This document shows, piece by piece, positions 55,781 through 63,795 of a stretch of DNA of 64,000 bases. Within the stretch, counting starts at the first letter, position 1. Each line of letters opens with the position of its first letter. A model generated the notes under the pieces. It saw nothing but the letters and a program-made list of their open reading frames with translations, made no database searches and was not told the DNA's origin. The translations under genes were made by a program, and so were the position numbers. The stretch is from Proteobacteria bacterium SG_bin7 (GTDB lineage Bacteria > Bdellovibrionota > Bdellovibrionia > Bdellovibrionales > SG-bin7), in contig LWDK01000045.1 of the NCBI GenBank assembly GCA_002083485.1, forward strand, positions 240 to 64,239, written 5' to 3'.

Positions 55781-56578
55781 ATGAAAAAATTACTCTCAGT
55801 TCTTTTGTTGGCTGCTGCACCGTCGGCATTCGCACAAGTTGACGCTGTCACTTTCAAGGTTCCCGCTGGCTTTCATCCAAGCCTTGGTACAGCACACGCA
55901 CTTTGCAAACGCAAAGGCTATAATCGGTCTGTTGGATTTACTCAGTTTAAACAGGCCGGAGATAAAATTGGTGGCCAATATTCACCCGATGGTACAACGC
56001 TGCAACCCTTCGATTGGGGTGGCGGTATGGCTATCGCGACAATCAGCTGCACTTCACAGGTAGCTCAGCAACCAGTACCACAATCAAGACCTTCTCAACC
56101 GGTACCAGTGCCACAACCGGCTCCAAGTCCAAATGGAGTTGTAAAAGTAAATATCAACGGTGGGTACTACCCCGACGAAAATACCGCACACGCTCTATGC
56201 CGAATGAAAGGATATGATTCGTCTGTTGGATTTACTCAATTTCGCCAAGCGGGAAATTGGATCCGTGGTCAAATATCTTACGATGGCCGTCCATTCTTCG
56301 ATACTTACGATTGGAGCGGCGGTATGGCAATTGCGGTGGTTTCATGTCTTCCAATTCGCCAACCCGTTAATGTAAATGCGCGCGGTGGTTATTATCCAGA
56401 TCAAGATACTGCAGATGCGGTATGCCGTCTGAAAGGCTATAATCAAGCCGTTGGTTTTACACAATGGCAACAAGCAGGAAACCGGATCCGCGGTCAACGC
56501 TCTTTCGATGGTCGTCCATTCTTCAGTACCTACGATTGGAGCGGTGGTATGGCATTGGACGTCGTATCGTGCCTTTAA
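55781..56578 (+). CDS. Secreted protein built of three ~70-85-aa Cys-containing repeats
   Basis: AAGGAG Shine-Dalgarno and a signal peptide. The repeat pattern is GGYYPD..TA.A.C..KGY..(S/A)VGFTQ..QAG..I.GQ.S.DGRPFF.TYDWSGGMA..VVSC, present three times, with the first copy more diverged. Confidence 0.8.
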   Translation: MKKLLSVLLLAAAPSAFAQVDAVTFKVPAGFHPSLGTAHALCKRKGYNRSVGFTQFKQAGDKIGGQYSPDGTTLQPFDWGGGMAIATISCTSQVAQQPVPQSRPSQPVPVPQPAPSPNGVVKVNINGGYYPDENTAHALCRMKGYDSSVGFTQFRQAGNWIRGQISYDGRPFFDTYDWSGGMAIAVVSCLPIRQPVNVNARGGYYPDQDTADAVCRLKGYNQAVGFTQWQQAGNRIRGQRSFDGRPFFSTYDWSGGMALDVVSCL

Positions 56579-56593
56579 TCTTTGATTTTAGTG

Positions 56594-56620
56594 GGAAGGG
56601 TTTGTTAGACCCTTCCTTTT
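56594..56620 (+). terminator. Rho-independent terminator
   Basis: GGAAGGGT ttgttag ACCCTTCC followed by TTTT, 16 nt after the stop at 56578. Confidence 0.65.
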
Positions 56621-56739
56621 CCTTTTAAAACTCTAAAACATAAGAAATGAACCGAAGAATTCCTCTAAGTAAGTCTAAGTAAGTTAATTTTCGTCTCTAC
56701 TTTGTCTATTATTGGCTTCTAACTATCAAGGAGCCCAAT

Positions 56740-57507
56740 GTGAAGTCTTTACGAAAATACATTATTTATTCCATTTCTGCGATCATGCTAGCTGGATCAT
56801 TGAGCGGTAAAGTACACGCCGATTCCACTTTAATGACCGACGAATTGCTGACCGAAGAAGAGAAAAGCGAAGAGCTCCCAGTTACCGATACCGACAGAAT
56901 GGTGATTGATATCTTTAAAGGTCGACAAAAGTTAATTTCGCGAAAGAAATTAGTTCTCGAAGACATTGCTCAGTATATTAGTACGAAGCCTGCTCTAAAG
57001 GAGAAATGGGGCCAAGACAACCAGCTCATGAGTTTGTTTCACGAAGATCTTTGGCCAATCATTCTTGGTGGTGGTTATGCCGTTAGAAATTTCTTTCAGA
57101 TGCTAAAATCCTATCACGATGCGAATCCCACAGATGATCGAGTCATATATAACCGCGTTGGACGAGGACAAATTGAATATTATGCTGTTCCTAACTCCTA
57201 TGTTTATGTCTCTCGAGCTGTTCCCAATGGCGTCGATGACATTTCTACTTACGCAATGGTAACTCGCTCCCCAGATATCTGGCGAGTTTCATTTTCGATT
57301 CACAAACCTACGGACTCGGACGTTACATCAAGTTTTGGAGTTGATAAACGCTTTGCACAGGACATACTTCATATCATTAAAAGCGTACAACCTGAAGCGG
57401 TTGAGATCAAAGAAGATTGGTCAACCTATTCACATCTAGTCAAAATTACCGCTAAAAAATTATATGAAACCAAAGTAAAAACGAAGTGGTTTTTCGGCTT
57501 ATTTTAG
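56740..57507 (+). CDS. Secreted hypothetical protein
   Basis: AAGGAG Shine-Dalgarno with a GTG start. Signal peptide YIIYSISAIMLAGSLSGKVHA. Confidence 0.65.
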   Translation: MKSLRKYIIYSISAIMLAGSLSGKVHADSTLMTDELLTEEEKSEELPVTDTDRMVIDIFKGRQKLISRKKLVLEDIAQYISTKPALKEKWGQDNQLMSLFHEDLWPIILGGGYAVRNFFQMLKSYHDANPTDDRVIYNRVGRGQIEYYAVPNSYVYVSRAVPNGVDDISTYAMVTRSPDIWRVSFSIHKPTDSDVTSSFGVDKRFAQDILHIIKSVQPEAVEIKEDWSTYSHLVKITAKKLYETKVKTKWFFGLF

Positions 57508-57776
57508 TTGGTTTAAAAAAGCTTAAGTCGTGATCCGAAAGACACGTTGATCTACTCTAGGTGTCCAATTTTGGGTTTTTAAATTTACAAAAGTAACGAA
57601 CGGAATTGATGGAGAATAGAGAGTATGTGGCATTTTTAAAATGGGTATTTGAAGCCAAAAATTAAAACAATGCTTGCGGGAACCTACTCAATTTTATTTT
57701 GGTTATTGCCAGTTACTAAACCGCTACCGCAACCTAACAAACTGACCAGTGAGAGGCAAGCGCGTTACCAACACAC

Positions 57777-57953
57777 TTGTTTTCGGCTGGAGCGCTGGTA
57801 CCTCACCTTGGCGAACAGCGAGTTATTCAGTCAGTAAAAAAGATGTCGATTGATGGGCTTTCTTACCATAAGATTTGTGACTTTCTTACGAGCGTTGGAG
57901 TGCCAACGAAAAACAAGGGAAGGGGGTGGCAGCCTGTGCGCTTCAAAAAGATT
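57777..57953 (+). pseudogene. Fragment of a large serine recombinase (start of the recombinase domain)
   Basis: ALVPHLGEQRVIQSVKKMSIDGLSYHKICDFLTSVGVPTKNKGRGWQPVRFKKI fits the pattern lv.n..Ea..V..If....G.S...Ia..Ln..gi.T..g..W....v..IL. No catalytic N-domain lies upstream in any frame. Confidence 0.5.
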
Positions 57954-58338
57954 TGCTTAGTTCCCTTACTAGCCCTTGCTTTTCAAGCTCAAAAAGCAAA
58001 GTCGCGCCTAGATTTTTACATGTTGAGACCGACTCAGGCTCCAAAGAAAAGTTAACGAGTTTTGAAATATAATTAAGTTCCATAGTAGGTAACTTGTAGG
58101 TCTGTCCTTTTGCGGTATAAAACATTTCACTTTTGTCGTTAGTGACGGACATTTCGGTTCCATCTTTTTTTGGCGGTGTGAACCTCACGATTTGGGCACC
58201 TGTAAGATCCGGCTCATTGGTATATTGAGTTTTGATTTTACAGGGTTTTCCATCTATCTTTACGGTCTGTACTGAGGTTGTCCCCTTGGGATTCATGAGA
58301 ATGCCAAAAGCGGCAAACGTACGCCGCGCCATTGGCAT
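57943..58338 (-). CDS. Hypothetical protein (131 aa) next to the IS, possibly truncated
   Basis: ORF track only. No motif and no clear signal peptide. Confidence 0.35.
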   Translation of the reverse strand: MPMARRTFAAFGILMNPKGTTSVQTVKIDGKPCKIKTQYTNEPDLTGAQIVRFTPPKKDGTEMSVTNDKSEMFYTAKGQTYKLPTMELNYISKLVNFSLEPESVSTCKNLGATLLFELEKQGLVRELSKSF

Positions 58339-58773
58339 GAACGCTAATTCTAGTTATGAAGACTTTAAGGGTGAAAGCTTTGTCGACGCGATAGAGATCT
58401 TAAAGAAATTAGTTGAGAAAGATCTTAAGAGAATTAAGACGGGACGAGAGCCGCGAAAACCTCGCTTTCCCGGAGATTATGGCTTCTGAGTGTTAAAGAT
58501 TTTTTCGTGATTAAACATTTTAACGATCCCCGCACCTCGAAAACAAATGATTGTACGCCAATTCGCGTTCGGCCAAGAATTGACCTTTAGAACCCCCAAA
58601 ATTTAGTGCACGCCATTTAAGTCCGAGCTAAACAGGCTGTTTTGATTCCAACGGTTTTGGACCGCTATTTTCGCTGAATTTTTGAGGAAATGATTAAAAA
58701 CCCCTATAAATGGTTGCATTTTTTGGACTCTAAGATACAGAAATCACAAAGCAATTTAAATTCTGCACTTTAT

Positions 58774-58791
58774 CTGCCGAATTTTCGGCAG
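58774..58791. repeat. Palindrome CTGCCGAATTTTCGGCAG, candidate left inverted repeat (copy B)
   Basis: Compare the reverse complement of 60227-60248, CTGCCGAATTTTTCGTCGGCAG. Confidence 0.5.
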
Positions 58792-58811
58792 TTAAATTTG
58801 GGACAAATAAA

Positions 58812-60089
58812 ATGAGCTTAGCGATAAAATATCGATCGTATCCAGAAGTCATTAAGAGCGAAGTTGCGCGAACTAAAAATATTTATCTTTTCCCCGACAT
58901 GGGAATCCCGCGAACAACAGCTCAGTACTGGGTTAAAAACCAAAGACCAACGGTAACGTTAGAAGTTACCGAGTTTGAGTCGGTTTACAAAAAGAAATCG
59001 GAATTTTTGGAAGAGGAACTTGCTAAAGAAAAAGCTATTCGGGTTTTACTTGAGACGGTCAGGAAAGTGTTCCCATTTGATTTTAGAACTAAGCAGCTTC
59101 GTAATAAACAATCCCGAGCCCAAATAATTGCTGCAATACAGGAATGCATAAAATACCACAAGCTAAGCCATTGTTTAGATGCTATTGGGCTTACGAAGAG
59201 TTCGTATCGGCGCTGGGCCTCTGAAATTAGTCTTTGCAATAAAATAAAAAGTCCCTGTGAAAGAAGAAAGCCTTCGCAGTTAACTGAAGATGAATTGTCA
59301 ATCATGAAAAAATTTGTGACTGGCAAGAAATACGCTCATATCTCGATCGCATCTTTGCACTGGCTTGCACAAAGAACTGGGGAGTTATTTTGCTCCCAAG
59401 AAACTTGGTACAAGTATGTTAGAGTTTTTGAGTGGAAGCGACCCTGGAAGAAAGAAAAAAAGGAAATAAAAAAAGTAGGGATTCGCGCAAAAAATCCCAA
59501 CGAAATCTGGCACATTGATGTTACCGAAGTTTCGATCGCGCCGAAGACAAAATTTTATATTCAAGCGATTATAGATAATTTTTCCAGATACGTACTTGCG
59601 TGGCGAGTAACCGGTGATATCACAGCTCAAGGAACTGTTGAGACCCTAAAGCTTGCTCACCAGAAGTCCAGTGAGTTACTGGACAAAGAAATTTCAACAG
59701 ACGTTATGATGGACCCTGGAAAAGAAAATAATAACGGCAAAGTGATTCAGTTTATTACATCTAATAATCTTCGCAGAACCCTTGCTCAAGTTGATGTTCA
59801 TTATTCTAACTCAATGGTTGAGGGATTATTTCATTCGCTGAAGAATCGATTTTTATACCACCAGAAAGTTAAAAGTGCCGATGATCTTTTAAGAAAAGCA
59901 AATTTTTATTTTCAGCAACACAACAATGTGGTACCTCTGGCTGTACATAAAGGCGGACGGCCGATTGAAGTTTACAAATCTACGTGGAATGATTCAGAGA
60001 AAACAAATCTTCAAGAGAACAAAAAGCTAGCGATTCAAGCCAGAAAAAATAAAAACCGACAACCACCTTGCGAGAGCTGCCCTGTCTAA
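58812..60089 (+). CDS. DDE (rve/integrase-core) transposase, 425 aa, single ORF (IS3/IS481-like; family not resolved)
   Basis: N-terminal HTH (GIPRTTAQYWVKN). Catalytic triad context is IWHIDVTEV ... VMMDPGKENNN ... HYSNSMVEGLFHSLKNRF. Confidence 0.9.
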   Translation: MSLAIKYRSYPEVIKSEVARTKNIYLFPDMGIPRTTAQYWVKNQRPTVTLEVTEFESVYKKKSEFLEEELAKEKAIRVLLETVRKVFPFDFRTKQLRNKQSRAQIIAAIQECIKYHKLSHCLDAIGLTKSSYRRWASEISLCNKIKSPCERRKPSQLTEDELSIMKKFVTGKKYAHISIASLHWLAQRTGELFCSQETWYKYVRVFEWKRPWKKEKKEIKKVGIRAKNPNEIWHIDVTEVSIAPKTKFYIQAIIDNFSRYVLAWRVTGDITAQGTVETLKLAHQKSSELLDKEISTDVMMDPGKENNNGKVIQFITSNNLRRTLAQVDVHYSNSMVEGLFHSLKNRFLYHQKVKSADDLLRKANFYFQQHNNVVPLAVHKGGRPIEVYKSTWNDSEKTNLQENKKLAIQARKNKNRQPPCESCPV

Positions 60090-60226
60090 GGAAAACCACG
60101 AGGCATCCAATTAATTTTTTTAATTTTGCGGTCACATACCAGATGAATTCCTGGGCAAGGAAAGTCTGTGAGTGAGTCTTTTTAAAGTCCGAGAAATTCC
60201 AAAAAGGTGATCGTCTAAATTCAAAA

Positions 60227-60248
60227 CTGCCGACGAAAAATTCGGCAG
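60227..60248. repeat. Imperfect palindrome CTGCCGACGAAAAATTCGGCAG, candidate right inverted repeat (copy B)
   Basis: Read directly from the sequence. It is followed by TTTGGG, as at the left end. Confidence 0.5.
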
Positions 60249-60589
60249 TTTGGGTTCAAAAAGGCCAGTCCTTTTGCCGCTACAGATGGGTCAACATTAA
60301 CGAACATAATTGAACTAGAGAAAAATATTTTCTGCTCTCAATTTCTTAGCGTTATTTTTCATGAAAAACTTAGAATGCACGGGATATGAAGCAATTTTTG
60401 AGTTTTTCATTGAACAAACTGAGAGAAAATTTCCTTAAAAACGCTTTAAATTGCGATGGGTTAAATTATTTTTTTATGAAGTGCTTGTTCTAAAACCACC
60501 TTTAAGAAAGCAAGCCAAAAAATAATAGGTTCCACTTCAGATTGAATTAAATCGATCTGACGATGTCGGTTGCGTCCAACCCTTCTTAG

Positions 60590-60745
60590 ATGGCGCTCAG
60601 ACGTCGCCGCGGCGTCGTTTTAGAAACTGTAAAAGAAGCCCTATGGCTTTATACCTGGTATCTGCGACTGGGGTTTAAAGAATGTGGAAGGCATCGTTAT
60701 CCAGGATCAAGCCTTGACACTCTTTTGCTGGTAAAAGGTTTTTAG
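60590..60745 (+). pseudogene. GNAT acetyltransferase C-terminal remnant (51 codons)
   Basis: My translation is MALRRRRGVVLETVKEALWLYTWYLRLGFKECGRHRYPGSSLDTLLLVKGF*. It shows the GNAT motif A/B pattern (R..G....L......Y..lGF) but lacks the N-terminal half. Confidence 0.35.
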
Positions 60746-60884
60746 CGATGGCCGGAACTTCTTAATTTCTTAGCCAACGGGCCTGATATAGTTAAAAACA
60801 CTCATGTTTTGGGACGTTTACCGAGAAATTCACAAGCGGCCAGCAAGTTTTTAATTAAGTATATCGGGTGGCGACGTGGAATGA

Positions 60885-61697
60885 TTACTTTCGTATCCAA
60901 AAAAAATCTAAGTTGAGGCAGGCTATTTCTTCTGCTGATGAGTTGTGAACTCTCTCTAGGAATTTTTTTATAAATACAGCCATTTCTTCTCTGAGAATTT
61001 CAAAGTCCTTTCGAGACAAAGAGACCGGCGCCGTGTACATCATTTCGCTTTCTAAAAGGCTTTCGCTATAATAAATAGCTCGGGAGCGCCAATTGCTATG
61101 ATGTCGAAGCAAGTGAGGTGAATCGTGTTCGAGATGTGTCTTTTGGGCTCCTAATAAATAGCGGTTATTTTTTTCTTCACATAGTCCAGCTTTCACCAAA
61201 AAATTAAGTATATTTGCAGCCTTTGCTCGCGAGATCTCAAATCGTTCACAAATTTCAAATAGATTCTTTCCATTTTCACCGACAGAAGTGTATAGCCTGA
61301 TAGCTGAATAAAGAGGGCTTGAGTAAAAAACCACTCGCTCTTCGTCATTTAGAATTTTATCGATTTTGACTCGATTAGAAATTTTAAGAGAATCTTCACG
61401 AATTTGACTCAGCTTTGAATTCCAATATTTTTTTAGATCAGCAGTTCCGGCTCGCTCTTTATGAACCATAAAAGTTAAGTAATCGGCCTCTAGAGAGGTG
61501 AGGCCAAGATAGGCAATTAATCTCTGAGTTTGTTCCGGAGTCAGTGACTTGGCGCCCGATAATACTTGGCTGATTAGAGTTGTGCTCACGCCTAAACTGT
61601 TTGCTAATCGACTGGCTTCACCCCTGCCTTTTTTGGGTAGATTGCCAATATAATTCTTCAAAAAAGACCTGACTTCTTTAAAATTAAATATACTCAT
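60885..61697 (-). CDS. TIGR02147/DUF4423-family HTH protein
   Basis: ASRLANSLGVSTTLISQVLSGAKSL HTH, C-terminal ICERFEISRAKAANILNFLVKAGLCEE. Colinear with 10150-10965. Confidence 0.8.
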   Translation of the reverse strand: MSIFNFKEVRSFLKNYIGNLPKKGRGEASRLANSLGVSTTLISQVLSGAKSLTPEQTQRLIAYLGLTSLEADYLTFMVHKERAGTADLKKYWNSKLSQIREDSLKISNRVKIDKILNDEERVVFYSSPLYSAIRLYTSVGENGKNLFEICERFEISRAKAANILNFLVKAGLCEEKNNRYLLGAQKTHLEHDSPHLLRHHSNWRSRAIYYSESLLESEMMYTAPVSLSRKDFEILREEMAVFIKKFLERVHNSSAEEIACLNLDFFWIRK

Positions 61698-61842
61698 ATA
61701 GTTAATGATATCGGATATTTATATTTATAACTTAACTATAAAGTAAAATTTAATAAGGTAATTTTACTATTAATTCCTAGATTATTTGACTCATTGAGTT
61801 ATTATTGGCTCAGATATTGAATAATCAAATTGAGGAGTTTTT

Positions 61843-63027
61843 ATGTGTCTTTATTTCAGAATTAACAAAGTTTTTCCGCTCATTTTATTTACATTTGCGT
61901 CCTTTTTTGTCCCGTTCGCTTTGGCTCAGGAAAGAAGAGGCGGTTCAGATGGCGGCGGTGGGGACCCCAAAGCTATCGATTTTTTAATGCATAGTTATAA
62001 GGTCGCTGCGTGGCTAATAACCCATTCGCATGCAAATGTAGATGTAGACGGATCACAATTGGTTGCCGACATAAAAGAGTGGGAGAAATCTTTGGATACC
62101 CATGACCCATTAATAAGGGTGCAAGAGGTTCGAGAAATTTCGGATTGCTGGAATGTCGAAAAAAAAGCCTGTACTCGAGTTAATGGGCGTATAGATATAG
62201 CCGGAATTTCGTGGACAAATTCCGATGTTCATTTCAAGTGTGTTCTCGCAGCTCAAGAGCTTTTTGTACCCTATGTAAAAGACCGTCGCTATGGCAAAGC
62301 CCTTGCGGTTTGTGATGAAATTTATCAATCCCAAAAAAGTTCCAAACTAACCTCTATCCCAGGAGGTAAAAGGTTTATTTGCTCGGGTTCTTGTGTGCGC
62401 GAAGAATGTAGAATAACCAGGTCGGCCAATCCACTAAACTCGTTTTTCCTTGGCGGGGCCTCCTGCAGTACTAAATCGACGTATCAATCAATTTCAACGG
62501 AGGGATCTTCACCTCAGGAAGCCTTTGGAAAGTTATTTGATACGTGTTCCAAAAAGAATAGCGAAGACGAAGCGTACCCAAAATACTATCTTGTAAGCGG
62601 TCGGAATGACGTCGCTTGGTATATCTCCTCAAGCCGTGCGGCAAGTGACACAGAGTTAAGAGATTACTGCCAAGATGCATCCTACCACCCTGAAATGCCC
62701 AAAGACCCTCGCGATAGTATTCCTAGAGAGAGCGCAGAAGTTTGTGCCCAAAAAAAGCTAAAGCATACTTTTATTCAAATCGGTGGAGAAGACTACATTC
62801 TTGAAGAGAGAAATTTTTATATGAACGTAGAAGTAAACGGAGTTGGGAGCATCCCTGTAGAAGAGAAGTTCGCTAATTTCGCTCGCAAAAATGAAGAAGC
62901 ACAAGGACCGGGATGGAGCTGCTACAAGAGCTATGCTAGCAAGAGTGACTATAATGCCTACAATGTATATGGCACCTGTGATCGTCGTATAAAATTGTCC
63001 AGCTTTACAGCGGCCCTTTGTCTATAA
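61843..63027 (+). CDS. Secreted Cys-rich protein with a GGGG motif after the signal peptide
   Basis: GAGGAG Shine-Dalgarno. Signal peptide ...FFVPFALA, then QERRGGSDGGGGDPK, with many Cys residues. Confidence 0.7.
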   Translation: MCLYFRINKVFPLILFTFASFFVPFALAQERRGGSDGGGGDPKAIDFLMHSYKVAAWLITHSHANVDVDGSQLVADIKEWEKSLDTHDPLIRVQEVREISDCWNVEKKACTRVNGRIDIAGISWTNSDVHFKCVLAAQELFVPYVKDRRYGKALAVCDEIYQSQKSSKLTSIPGGKRFICSGSCVREECRITRSANPLNSFFLGGASCSTKSTYQSISTEGSSPQEAFGKLFDTCSKKNSEDEAYPKYYLVSGRNDVAWYISSSRAASDTELRDYCQDASYHPEMPKDPRDSIPRESAEVCAQKKLKHTFIQIGGEDYILEERNFYMNVEVNGVGSIPVEEKFANFARKNEEAQGPGWSCYKSYASKSDYNAYNVYGTCDRRIKLSSFTAALCL

Positions 63028-63062
63028 AATAGAAGTTACTAAGTTTAATAATGAGTTAAAAA

Positions 63063-63776
63063 ATGTGGAAATTAGTTTTTAATATAATCAGTTTCTTATT
63101 ATTGATTAATGCAAATCTAGCATTTGCAGACTTAGGTAGCGATAGAATCGATTTATCGCTTCAGCCAATGTCTCTCAAAATACCAGTTACCTCGTATCAG
63201 AAATCACCAGAGGACAAAATTGAGCGGATTAATAAAGTCTTCACAGAGCTCGAGTGCAAGTACTCGGGCCCCTTGTCGTCACGATTTGAACGCATTGGAG
63301 TTTTAGAATTATCAGAATATCGATTTGATCAAGCCGATCAAAGTATCAATATGATATTACCAAAGATTAATCTCGTAAAAAATGATTTACCAATTCTTTC
63401 AATGGTGAGGTTATGTCAATTTCACCTTATTTTTGAGGCGACATTATTTGGTTCAGAGCGGAAGCACTTTTGGGAGTACGAGATTAATATTGCAAAAAAA
63501 TCAAAAGATTGGCTCCTTCCTGAAAAAACAATTTTTGTATCGGACTATGTGGGTGATGTGACAGACAAAGTAAATAGGCTTTTAATCAATACCTCAGCGG
63601 CTGGCATGGTCGTTCCATATGAAAGACCTGAAAAACTCAATTTACCTAGTGGTGGCGACTTTTTTAATACTCTACCGACTTGGTCGTTAGGAGGTTCGGG
63701 TTCATATGCTTGCTTTCTTCCAAACCAGAAATGCTTAGATGGAATCCAAGACAGAATAACCGCCAAGGCTGCATAA
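63063..63776 (+). CDS. Secreted hypothetical protein
   Basis: Signal peptide WKLVFNIISFLLLINANLAFA. Confidence 0.65.
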   Translation: MWKLVFNIISFLLLINANLAFADLGSDRIDLSLQPMSLKIPVTSYQKSPEDKIERINKVFTELECKYSGPLSSRFERIGVLELSEYRFDQADQSINMILPKINLVKNDLPILSMVRLCQFHLIFEATLFGSERKHFWEYEINIAKKSKDWLLPEKTIFVSDYVGDVTDKVNRLLINTSAAGMVVPYERPEKLNLPSGGDFFNTLPTWSLGGSGSYACFLPNQKCLDGIQDRITAKAA

Positions 63777-63795
63777 AACCGAAAAGATAAAACAA

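Larger units (their letters stand above)
58546..60496 (+). mobile_element. Intact copy (B) of the ~1.95-kb IS-like repeat
   Basis: Homology block shared with 569-2295. It contains a full-length transposase, palindromic candidate termini at 58774-58791 and 60227-60248, and a conserved 3' tail. Confidence 0.8.

Noticed and set aside
58232-58489. 85-aa plus-strand ORF just left of IS copy B
   Set aside because: It overlaps the 131-aa minus-strand ORF and has no motif. It may be the tail of a gene destroyed by the insertion, but the evidence is too weak.
569-60496. Interpreting the two IS copies plus the interior as a 58-kb composite transposon or genomic island
   Set aside because: One transposase is dead. 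No matching target-site duplications are visible at the outer edges. The interior carries housekeeping genes (psd, corA, an acyl-CoA synthetase). I report it only as a recombination-prone arrangement.
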